From positions 42,711-74,710 of the forward strand of contig CAYRPF010000006.1 of NCBI GenBank assembly GCA_964426185.1: a DNA stretch of 32,000 bases. The letters run 5' to 3'. The translations under genes were made by a program, and so were the position numbers. Below the pieces are notes generated by a model that saw only the letters and a list, made by a program, of their open reading frames with translations, did not search any database and was not told the origin of the DNA. This DNA comes from an uncultured archaeon. GTDB lineage: Archaea > Asgardarchaeota > Lokiarchaeia > Sigyniarchaeales > Promethearchaeaceae. Below are positions 8,562-16,886 of this stretch, piece by piece. Position 1 is the stretch's first letter. Every line of letters begins with the position of its first letter.

Positions 8562-9596
8562 CTAAGAAATACTTAGATTATCCATCTCAGACGGTACCTT
8601 TTTCTTGGACTTTTCATTATACATTTCTGGAATTGATGTTTCACTGGTTGTTGCAACATCTTCTTTAACTAAATTACTCTGATTATTCAAGATCTCAACC
8701 GGAGCAATATCTTCTTTAGAGCGAATTATTCTAGATTTGTTCATTTTTCCAGAAAGTAGCAAAATGACATCATTCCGCATCGCTTCTTTAATTAATTCAG
8801 CATTTTCAATATTTGGCGCCAAGGATGGATCAATATAAACAGGATTTCCAATAACCACTGAGATTTTATATCCTTTATTCCAACGGATGCCTAACACATT
8901 TACATGCTTAGGAAACACTTTAAAGGCACCAAAAATTGCACAAGGCACATAAGGAACTCCTGTTTCGAGACACAAACGGGCTGCCCCTTTTCGAAATGGG
9001 CCTAATTTGCCATCTGGTGATCGAGTTCCTTCCGGAAACATCCCCACACACCCCCCTCCTTCCAAGACAGAACGAACCTTAGTTAAGGCAGCTTCATCTT
9101 TCTGTTCTCTTTTTAAAGGTATTGTGCCAAAGGGCTTAATTATTGAGCGAAAAATGGGAATTTCGAAATTTTCTGCTTTAGAAAGCCATTGTACTTTTCT
9201 GTGAACAGCTGATCCTACTAAGAAAGGATCAAATTCTGATTGATGATTTGCAATTACCAGAGCACCACCGTGTTCGGGAAAATTTTCTTTACCCTTTATC
9301 TCATAACCCCAGAAAGTGCGGAAAAATTGAATGAAATTGGCTCTTCCAACATTCCAATAGATAAATTCATCATAAATCTCTAGTATTCCCAATTCATTCA
9401 AGAATTTTCTTCCCCAGTCACAAATAGGGTCAAATGGATTATACTTTAAAAGAAGCTTGAGAATTCCGGAGGTGACGGAAGATAATGTAGGTTTTGAAGA
9501 AATTTGTGCTTTTTTTTGCATAGTTAGTTTATTATCGGGCTTATTGCCCGATCTATCTATTGAATCTTCGTTTTCTGGCACCGTAACAACCTCCAT
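8562..9596 (-). CDS. plsC: 1-acyl-sn-glycerol-3-phosphate acyltransferase (PlsC/LPLAT family)
   Basis: Intact motifs ANHQSEFDP (HX4D), LSKAENF, GTIPLKR, MFPEGTRSPDG, FRKGAARL, VPYVPCAIFG. Confidence 0.92.
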   Translation of the reverse strand: MEVVTVPENEDSIDRSGNKPDNKLTMQKKAQISSKPTLSSVTSGILKLLLKYNPFDPICDWGRKFLNELGILEIYDEFIYWNVGRANFIQFFRTFWGYEIKGKENFPEHGGALVIANHQSEFDPFLVGSAVHRKVQWLSKAENFEIPIFRSIIKPFGTIPLKREQKDEAALTKVRSVLEGGGCVGMFPEGTRSPDGKLGPFRKGAARLCLETGVPYVPCAIFGAFKVFPKHVNVLGIRWNKGYKISVVIGNPVYIDPSLAPNIENAELIKEAMRNDVILLLSGKMNKSRIIRSKEDIAPVEILNNQSNLVKEDVATTSETSIPEMYNEKSKKKVPSEMDNLSIS

Positions 9597-9613
9597 AAAT
9601 GGGAAATTTACTC

Positions 9614-9669
9614 AAATCACTATCTAGTTGAATGTGATTTAACGTGATGAATCCTCTGTGCTTTATAAA
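9614..9669 (-). promoter_or_regulatory. Putative TATA box with a downstream palindromic operator for the lipid operon
   Basis: TTTATAAA at 9662-9669. Inverted repeat AAATCAC-N13-GTGATTT at 9614-9640, between the TATA box and the plsC start. Confidence 0.45.
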
Positions 9670-9681
9670 TTTATCAAAAAA

Positions 9682-10836
9682 TTACACTTGAATGAATTCG
9701 GATTTGGTCAATACTTCAACTTTTCCATTTACAATTGCGATATCATTTTCCAATCGGTGCCCTCCCATTCCTTTTTGATATGCTCCAGGCTCAATCGTGA
9801 AAACCATTCCATTTTCTAAAGTTATCTCTTTCCAAAATTTAAGTGAATATTCATTCTGTGGTTTTCGGCTTAGAAATGGGGCATCATGTACTGTTAATCC
9901 AAGACCATGCCCAAGTGCATATGGCATTTCATAACCACCATCTTTAAGAATATCCTCTGCAGTTTTATGCACTTTCCAAAGGGGTACTCCGATTTCAAGC
10001 ATATCTACAGCCGCTTGATACGCTTTAAAGGTTAATTCATGCATTTTTTGTTGAGTTTCATTTAATCCACCAAAACTAAAAGGAACTGTAACATCAGAGT
10101 TATATCCTTTGTATTTTACCCCAAAATCAATTAATCCTAAACCTGGAAGCGCTAATTTTTCGTTTGATGCCCAAGGATGGCAGTGAAGCATATGAGCACG
10201 GTTACTATTTCCAACCAAAGTGGGAAAAGCCAAATCTTCAGCACCTTTTTGTGCCATCTGCTTTTGAACATAAAAATCGAGATCTTTTTCCGTTTCTTCT
10301 GTGGCATTACTTAAGAAATGGCGGATATCTTGCACCGTTTCGGTAGCAATCCTAGCTGCTTTACGAAGTAGTTCAATTTCACGCATTGATTTAGTTGCTC
10401 GCATACCTTCAATAAATCGTGTTATTTTAGGTATTTCGCGATAAAACTTAATATTGGAAATGGTTTCTTCCATTCTTACAACAGTTGCGTACGGAAAATT
10501 GTTTGTTACCGCCAGCTTTATTGTAGATTTCTTTATATGCGTCGTGAGATATTCTTTTATCGCTTCATTCCAGTTGTACTTGTAATTTACGGGATTAATA
10601 ATTTCATCTACCTGAGCTTCTTTTAGAGCTAAAGGTACATCCCAAGGAATTAATGCACTTTCCCCTGATTCCAAAATGATCGCCATTCCATCCATAGGAT
10701 GGCCCGTTAGGTATTGAAGATTTATGTTTTTCGAATCTTCATTATCAGTAATGAGTAATGCATCAATTTTTTCTTCTTGCAGAAATTTTAATAATTTTTC
10801 AAATTTTTCATCTGTTATGCTACGCATCAGGATCAT
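9682..10836 (-). CDS. pepQ: Xaa-Pro aminopeptidase/prolidase (peptidase M24B)
   Basis: Creatinase-like N-domain. RATKSMREIELLRKA. Metal ligands in LIDFG, YNSDVT, GHGLGLTVHD, TIEPG, RLENDI. Confidence 0.9.
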   Translation of the reverse strand: MILMRSITDEKFEKLLKFLQEEKIDALLITDNEDSKNINLQYLTGHPMDGMAIILESGESALIPWDVPLALKEAQVDEIINPVNYKYNWNEAIKEYLTTHIKKSTIKLAVTNNFPYATVVRMEETISNIKFYREIPKITRFIEGMRATKSMREIELLRKAARIATETVQDIRHFLSNATEETEKDLDFYVQKQMAQKGAEDLAFPTLVGNSNRAHMLHCHPWASNEKLALPGLGLIDFGVKYKGYNSDVTVPFSFGGLNETQQKMHELTFKAYQAAVDMLEIGVPLWKVHKTAEDILKDGGYEMPYALGHGLGLTVHDAPFLSRKPQNEYSLKFWKEITLENGMVFTIEPGAYQKGMGGHRLENDIAIVNGKVEVLTKSEFIQV

Positions 10837-10982
10837 TTTATTTCTAAATCCGATTCTTTAAAAATTATTCTTGGTTTAAAATCAGAAGTTCATTTTTTTC
10901 TATAATTAATTGCTTCAAATCGAAAATTTTTTTTTAAATGTCGGATTTTTCACCATATCAGAATTAAGTATTGTGATATATA

Positions 10983-11312
10983 ATGACCAGACATCATGGC
11001 TATCGTTCGAAAACTCGACGTATTTTTCGTAAAAACATCCGAAATCGTGGATTACCCGGCTTATCTCGCTTTATGATTGAATATACTCCTGGAATGAAAG
11101 TTGATATCTTAGGAGATCCTTCTTTTCAAAAACGTGGGTTACCACACCGTCGTTTTGTAGGAAAAACAGGTGTTGTAATCGCACAGCGCGGTCGTTGTTA
11201 TGAAATTCAAGTAAAAGATCAAAACAAATTGAAAACTTTATTTATTGGTCGTGAACATATCCGAATTAACAAAGATTGGCAATTAAAACAACAAGAATCG
11301 ACTGAAGCGTAA
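10983..11312 (+). CDS. rpl21e: 50S ribosomal protein L21e
   Basis: GYRSKTRRIF, GLPHRRFVGKTGVV, KTLFIGREHI. First gene of the conserved archaeal rpl21e-rpo4-DUF655-ksgA cluster. Confidence 0.95.
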   Translation: MTRHHGYRSKTRRIFRKNIRNRGLPGLSRFMIEYTPGMKVDILGDPSFQKRGLPHRRFVGKTGVVIAQRGRCYEIQVKDQNKLKTLFIGREHIRINKDWQLKQQESTEA

Positions 11313-11384
11313 AGTCAAATTTCTAGTTTTAATTAAAATCCTTTTTTTGCTCTTCCACAAGCTTTTATAATACAGGTGACTAAT

Positions 11385-11738
11385 TTGGTAAAAAAAATTC
11401 TAAATGAACAAAAAATATCTATCCCAGAAGTGAAAGAGATTTTGGACAAAGTAAGTGAACGGATGCAGAAGTTAAATACTCCCATAGATCCGTTTACTGA
11501 AGCCACATACGAATATTGCCAAAATTTCAGTAAGATGCCGGCAGATGTTGCCCGTAATATCATCAATATGCTCAAGGAAGAGTATGGTATGGATGATTCA
11601 CATGCTATCCAAATTGTGAATATTGATCCGAGATTTCCACAAGAAGTTCGAGTAATTTTAGAAAAGGATCCAGTTTTACGGGCTCTTTCTGATGAAGATA
11701 TCATTGTCATGATTCAGAAAGTCAAAGATTACCAGTAG
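11385..11738 (+). CDS. rpo4: DNA-directed RNA polymerase subunit Rpo4 (RpoF)
   Basis: ISIPEVKEIL, TYEYCQNFSKM, AIQIVNIDP...EVRVIL, plus synteny. The start is probably TTG at 11385 after SD GGTGA (11375-11379); the ORF track starts at GTG 11376. Confidence 0.92.
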   Translation: MVKKILNEQKISIPEVKEILDKVSERMQKLNTPIDPFTEATYEYCQNFSKMPADVARNIINMLKEEYGMDDSHAIQIVNIDPRFPQEVRVILEKDPVLRALSDEDIIVMIQKVKDYQ

Positions 11739-12067
11739 TATGCGAGTGAAAAGGCGTTTTTGCTTTTCTCTTTTTATATTATTTTTTCGACACAATTTCA
11801 TTTCTCTTGAATAATCGAATTTTCATTAATTTTATTAATGCGTTTTGAATTATAGAAGATATAATCAAAATTAGTAGAAGTGAACAATATGAACCTCAGT
11901 TATGACTCTGGACCTCCCTTTCTTAGGCAGTTTTTTTCGCGTCTATGGAAAAGGTAAACCGAAGCCAATTCTCTTTCAATATTTGACCTCTTTTTTCAAC
12001 TGAGGTAAAAAACTTGATGAAGAAATATTTTTTTTTATAAAGATTTCAGCTAATTAGACTCTCCCGA

Positions 12068-12841
12068 ATGGTGAAAACAGAAATGGATGATCCCGAACGA
12101 AGTTATCCCCCTAGACGAGGAAAAAAACCCTACCCTCGGCGTTCTTCATATAAACCAAAGTTTCGTGGTCCAAGGCGAGCCCCTCATCGTAGATCTTCTA
12201 GACCAACAGTATACATACGAAAGGGGACTCTTGTTTATCTTCTTGATATCTTACAGCATGGAGGAGTAGATACTGCAGGGCATTCTTGGCATCCAATTGG
12301 CCAGGTAATTGAAATTCCTACTTTTCGTCTGTTAGAAGTAAATTTAAACAAAAAATTAATTCCGGAGTTAAAAGTCCCCCAAAAGATTATATATGAAGGA
12401 ACAGAAGAAAGTCCTTTAGGTCGTGCCAATAAAATACTCCAATATGACGATTTGACACCAACTTCTGTGACTACTTTAGTTTCGGTAGTTGAGACTTATG
12501 TTCAGGAAAATGAGGAAAAATTTGTTCATTTTGTCAATACAGCTGGACCTATTACCTTGAAACGGCATTCATTAGAGGTATTACCTGGAGTTGGTAAAAA
12601 ATTAATGTGGGAGATTATAAATTATCGCGAAAAGCATCCATTTAGAAGTTTTAAAGAAATTCATGAAAATGTTCCTGGATTTAAACCGGTAGATATCTTC
12701 ACAAAACGAATAATTGAAGAAATAAGTGATCCTGATCAAAAACATTTCCTTTTTACACGCTATAATCGTCGAAGATCAGAAAATCAAAAAGAAGATCACC
12801 GTCGCTATCAACCTCGTGATGATTTTCGTCCTCGAAGTTAA
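12068..12841 (+). CDS. DUF655 family putative RNA-binding protein (helix-hairpin-helix) with Arg-rich terminal extensions
   Basis: FRLLEV, FVHFVNTAGPITLKRHSLEVLPGVGKKLMWEII, PFRSF, RIIEEI. Conserved position after rpo4. TATA-like TTTATAAA about 27 bp upstream. Confidence 0.9.
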   Translation: MVKTEMDDPERSYPPRRGKKPYPRRSSYKPKFRGPRRAPHRRSSRPTVYIRKGTLVYLLDILQHGGVDTAGHSWHPIGQVIEIPTFRLLEVNLNKKLIPELKVPQKIIYEGTEESPLGRANKILQYDDLTPTSVTTLVSVVETYVQENEEKFVHFVNTAGPITLKRHSLEVLPGVGKKLMWEIINYREKHPFRSFKEIHENVPGFKPVDIFTKRIIEEISDPDQKHFLFTRYNRRRSENQKEDHRRYQPRDDFRPRS

Positions 12842-12871
12842 TATTTTTTAAATCCTTTTTAGGCGAGTTCC

Positions 12872-13837
12872 ATGCCATATTTTACTGCTCAAGAGCTGCA
12901 ATTGATGCAAAAAACCTTGGGAATACGATTAGATAAATCTCGTGGGCAGTGTTATTTAATAGATAAAAATATTCTAAATTTAATTATTGAATATGCAAAA
13001 TTAGATCCCCAACAAGATCGTATCATAGAAATTGGGGCAGGTTTGGGGATTCTTTCGGATTATTTGATTCAAAACAGCGCCCAAGTCTTTCTAGTGGAAA
13101 ATGATCGAAAGATCGCAAATTTTTTGTATTCCAATTATCATAATCATTTTTCTTGTGAGTTTATTGATCTGTCTTCTTTTCAATCTCGATTGCTAACTCA
13201 AGGGTTAATTTCAAGAAATAAGTCTAAGGTGATTATTCTTTTTGGGGATGCGTTAAAAATACCCTTTCCTTCTGCAAATCGGGTAGTTGCAAATATACCC
13301 TATCAAATTTCTGCTCCTATACTCTTCAAAATGATTGAAAATTGGCATTATTCTCAAGTAAATCTCATGGTGCAAGCAGAATTTGCTGACAGATTGATTG
13401 CGAGTGTAAATAGTTCCTCTTATTCTCGCTTAAGTGCAAGTGTTGGTCTTTTTTTAGATGTTCATATCGATCATATAGTTCAACCTACGTCATTTTTTCC
13501 TCGTCCTCGTATTCTTTCTAAATTAATTACTCTTCATCCAAAACCTCCACAATTTGTGGCTGGTTTTAACAGTTGGGAGAATAAAAAGATCTATCTTTCT
13601 TTTCTACAAGGTATTTTTCCTTATAAGAATAAAACTTTAAGAAATGCAATACGGATTTGGATGAAGCACCACTCTGAAATAAAATCCGAATTTCCATATT
13701 TTCATAAAATTTGTTCCAATCCAGAAAAATTTCCCGGAATACTTGAAAAAGTGCGTAATATTTCTCCAAAAACTCTTTTTTCATGGTGCATTTATGGAAA
13801 AACAGGTGAGTTAGAATTTGAAGATTCTTCCAATTGA
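12872..13837 (+). CDS. rsmA: 16S rRNA m6,2A dimethyltransferase KsgA/RsmA/Dim1
   Basis: KSRGQCYLID, IEIGAGLG, VEND, GDAL, VANIPYQIS, LMVQAEFADRL, YSRLS, SFFPRP. Confidence 0.93.
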   Translation: MPYFTAQELQLMQKTLGIRLDKSRGQCYLIDKNILNLIIEYAKLDPQQDRIIEIGAGLGILSDYLIQNSAQVFLVENDRKIANFLYSNYHNHFSCEFIDLSSFQSRLLTQGLISRNKSKVIILFGDALKIPFPSANRVVANIPYQISAPILFKMIENWHYSQVNLMVQAEFADRLIASVNSSSYSRLSASVGLFLDVHIDHIVQPTSFFPRPRILSKLITLHPKPPQFVAGFNSWENKKIYLSFLQGIFPYKNKTLRNAIRIWMKHHSEIKSEFPYFHKICSNPEKFPGILEKVRNISPKTLFSWCIYGKTGELEFEDSSN

Positions 13838-14546
13838 TCCTCCGTTAGATGCAAGAAATGCCATAGAATATTTCAATTTGCAATTGGTTATTCCAAATCA
13901 AGTTTATTCTCCCTCAGATGATACTGATTTATCCATTTTTTTTTTGAAGAAATGGATTCAAACGATAGAACAATCACCCTTTACATCTAAGAAAGATAAA
14001 ACCGTTCGAATATTTGAGATGGGAATCGGGAGTGGTGTATTATCTCTCTATTTAACTTCACGTTTAATCCAAAAAGGGTATATTCCTGAAGTGATTGGAG
14101 TAGATATCAATCCTATTGCGGTTGAAACAGCCAATTTTAATGCAGAATTAAACCATCTCAGTGAAAAGATGACCTTTCTTCAAGGGGAATTCTTCAACCC
14201 ACTTTTATCTGATTCAGAGCGAAATTTTACCCCATTTGATTTTATTATCTCAAATCCTCCCTATTTAGCAGGAGAGCCACAAGTAATAAATGAAGAGAAT
14301 AAGCAGCCAATTGATTATGCATGGGAAGGCGGATTAAACGGATACGAAGTAACTTTAGATTTTTTAGACCAAGTCGATCCATTTCTGGCTTCTCCTGGTG
14401 ACTTTATGCTGATATCTTCCAGTAATGTAGATCAAAACCCCATCATAACTCGACTTGAGGAATTGGATATCAAAATTATTGAGATCTTGCGAACACATAA
14501 ATTCTTTGAAGATATTTTACTCTATCATGGTCGCAAGGAAAACTAA
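13818..14546 (+). CDS. prmC: HemK2/Mtq2-like release factor glutamine methyltransferase
   Basis: VYSPSDDT, EMGIGSG, GVDINP, ISNPPY, WEGGLNG. Overlaps the end of rsmA by 20 bp. Confidence 0.85.
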   Translation: MKILPIDPPLDARNAIEYFNLQLVIPNQVYSPSDDTDLSIFFLKKWIQTIEQSPFTSKKDKTVRIFEMGIGSGVLSLYLTSRLIQKGYIPEVIGVDINPIAVETANFNAELNHLSEKMTFLQGEFFNPLLSDSERNFTPFDFIISNPPYLAGEPQVINEENKQPIDYAWEGGLNGYEVTLDFLDQVDPFLASPGDFMLISSSNVDQNPIITRLEELDIKIIEILRTHKFFEDILLYHGRKEN

Positions 14547-14563
14547 CAAAAAATTGGTCAAAT

Positions 14564-15835
14564 TTAACCCATTTCCGCTTCTGAAACAAGTTTAATGATT
14601 TTTTCGGTTTCTTTAGCGAGTTTCTTAGGTAAAGGACTGGTATCTACATCTAAAAATCCGCTTACAATTAAATTTATACTTTCACTTTCAGAAAGTCCGC
14701 GACTCATTAAATATTCAATATGATCATCTGCAATTTTTCCCACTGAGGCTTCATGTGTTAGGGTGACTTGTGGATTTCTTGCTTGGATTTCAGGAATAGA
14801 GTCTACTCGTGAATGATCCGAGAGAATAAGGGCAGAACAATCGATGTGACCTGTAACATCTTTACCATCTCCAATAATAGTTCCCCTCGCTTTCACATGA
14901 GCGCTATCGATTGCTAAAACACGAGAAATTAATTCTGCTTTAGAGCCTTCTCCGATTAAGTGCGCGGTGGCACCTGTATCAAAATAACTGTTTCCCTTAC
15001 CATAGATTAGTGTTTGACCGTAGTAAGAAGAATTTTTTCCAACAAGATTGATTACTGGATTAGTTTGCAAATTTCGTACTGCGGACATGACGATATAGAA
15101 ATTGGAAAACTCAGCATTGTCTTCTAATATTATTCCCGTACGGGGGCGAACATTGGTATCGTCTGCCCAATTATGCACCATTGTAAATGATACTCGCGCA
15201 TTTTTCTTCACATAAAATTCAGAAACGCCTAAATGTAAGGCTTTACGGGCGATTCTATGGGTTGAACAGCCAGTAATGATATCTAATTCTGAACCCTCCT
15301 CTGCAATAATAATGTTATGCACGACTTGTTTCATGCCTGGGAGGTTAACAAATAAACATGATTGCAATGGAAATACCGTTTTTCGGTCTTTTTTGGCGTA
15401 AATAAAATATCCTTGAGAAATCTCTTGAATCGCAGCTTCGGCAGTATATTGATCTTTATCGTATGGAACTGCTTTCCATAAATAGTCTTGCAAATTAAGT
15501 TTTCCATCTGTTCCATCATATTTTTTTAAAGCTTCTTTAATGGGGAGCAATTCTATTCCAGGAGTATTGCTAACACAGAGATCATACTTATTACCAGTTT
15601 GCAAATAGAGACCACTTTTTTTCTCATTAACGTCTATCCCAACTTTATCCATTGATTCCTTTAGATCTTCGGGAATTTCTTCTTCTGAATGCAAAGTTCC
15701 TTCAGGTTTTCCTTCATCTCCTAAAGTATAATCATTCAAGTTAATTCCATCGTTATTTTGTTGTTTGGCTCGTTCTAAAACCTTGTGCGCTTTATCCTTG
15801 ATTTGGTCTGGTGAATCTTTTGTTTTCATGTTCAT
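14564..15835 (-). CDS. sufB: Fe-S cluster assembly scaffold SufB/SufD family (SmsB-like)
   Basis: PLQSCLF, HNIIIAEEGSELDIITGC, HLGVSEFYV, MVHNW, GHIDCSAL, LTHEASVGKI, YLMSRGLSE, IVSGFL. Confidence 0.92.
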   Translation of the reverse strand: MNMKTKDSPDQIKDKAHKVLERAKQQNNDGINLNDYTLGDEGKPEGTLHSEEEIPEDLKESMDKVGIDVNEKKSGLYLQTGNKYDLCVSNTPGIELLPIKEALKKYDGTDGKLNLQDYLWKAVPYDKDQYTAEAAIQEISQGYFIYAKKDRKTVFPLQSCLFVNLPGMKQVVHNIIIAEEGSELDIITGCSTHRIARKALHLGVSEFYVKKNARVSFTMVHNWADDTNVRPRTGIILEDNAEFSNFYIVMSAVRNLQTNPVINLVGKNSSYYGQTLIYGKGNSYFDTGATAHLIGEGSKAELISRVLAIDSAHVKARGTIIGDGKDVTGHIDCSALILSDHSRVDSIPEIQARNPQVTLTHEASVGKIADDHIEYLMSRGLSESESINLIVSGFLDVDTSPLPKKLAKETEKIIKLVSEAEMG

Positions 15836-16647
15836 AGTGTAAAATCAACCTCTTTCAATAATGAAGAATTTTCCACGCAGCTAACACATTCACGACAAGC
15901 CTCAAACCCATTTTTCATAATAGAATTAATAATCAAAGCGGGATCTCCTGAACATGTTATTGTTCCATCCATCATTATATGGGCACGTGTGATATGGCCG
16001 AGAAATTTTAAAATATAACCTAAATGTGTAATGATTAAACCAGATTTACCTTGTTTCGATGGAATTTTATCACGATCGAGCAATTCTCTCATAATTTTTG
16101 CAATTAATTCAACGTTTTCCACATCTACACCTGAATCTGGTTCATCAAACAAGAGTAAATCTGGCTTTAAAACCATCATTTGGAGGATTTCTGAGCGTTT
16201 AACTTCACCTCCGCTAAATCCCAGATTTACATCTCGATTTATGTATTCTGGGGAAAATTTAAGCCTAGTTGCGAGTTGCTGTATGTCGGAAGATAATTCA
16301 TCGGTGCATTCTGTGTTATTTCCTCTTTTTTCGCTGCAAACCGTTAGTAATTTAGAAAGTTTAAGCCCATTAATCGCGGGAGGGTGTTGAAAAAGAACAC
16401 CGATCCCCATTTGGATTCGTTCATTTGTAGGTAAATTGGTTATATCTTTATCTTTAAAGAAGATGTGACCGTTAACCACCTTATAATTTTTAAATCCTAA
16501 AATAGTTTTTATCAAAGTTGTTTTTCCAGCTCCATTTGGTCCGAGTAAAACATGAACTTCTCCTTTTTCGATATTTAAATTAAAATCTTTTAAAATTAGT
16601 TTGCCTCTTACTTCAACGGCTAACTTTTCTATTCGCAACCACGACAT
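15832..16647 (-). CDS. sufC: Fe-S cluster assembly ABC ATPase SufC (SmsC-like)
   Basis: Walker A GPNGAGKT, RDVNLGFSGGEVKRSE, Walker B LLFDEPDSGVD, IITH. C-terminal CRECVSC. ATGA overlap with sufB. Confidence 0.93.
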   Translation of the reverse strand: MSWLRIEKLAVEVRGKLILKDFNLNIEKGEVHVLLGPNGAGKTTLIKTILGFKNYKVVNGHIFFKDKDITNLPTNERIQMGIGVLFQHPPAINGLKLSKLLTVCSEKRGNNTECTDELSSDIQQLATRLKFSPEYINRDVNLGFSGGEVKRSEILQMMVLKPDLLLFDEPDSGVDVENVELIAKIMRELLDRDKIPSKQGKSGLIITHLGYILKFLGHITRAHIMMDGTITCSGDPALIINSIMKNGFEACRECVSCVENSSLLKEVDFTL

Positions 16648-16886
16648 TTAAATTCATTTTAAATAAGTTCGCGTTCAGTATAAAAATTATGATTATGGAA
16701 ATTTGACCAAGTAAAATTATATCCTTATTCTAATAAATTATGTCGGCGATTATCCTATTAAAGGTATATTCCTTTCTTAACAATGAACTTCAAATAAGAA
16801 TTCGAGTTACATTAATACATTGGAAAAAAACTCCATTTTCCCAGAATGCCGACTTTATTCGGCGCAAATAAAAGGAGGGAGATTAT

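Noticed and set aside
11333-11710. 125-aa antisense ORF over rpo4, and the other short ORFs nested in or antisense to long genes (e.g. 16031-16390, 20751-21026, 27738-28052, 28768-29124)
   Set aside because: Shadow ORFs of well-supported genes with no motifs of their own.
11739-12067. SRP RNA or 5S rRNA near rpl21e
   Set aside because: Too AT-rich; lacks the SRP helix-8 motif and the 5S CCGAAC-type conserved loop.
13818-14546. DNA adenine methyltransferase of a restriction-modification system (NPPY motif)
   Set aside because: The VYxPxDDT and WxGG motifs and the position after ksgA indicate a HemK2-type protein methyltransferase; no nuclease is adjacent.
16648-16886. Cobalamin riboswitch upstream of B12-dependent nrdJ
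   Set aside because: No recognisable B12-box or the conserved GGGAA / GCCACTG elements; only short generic stems.
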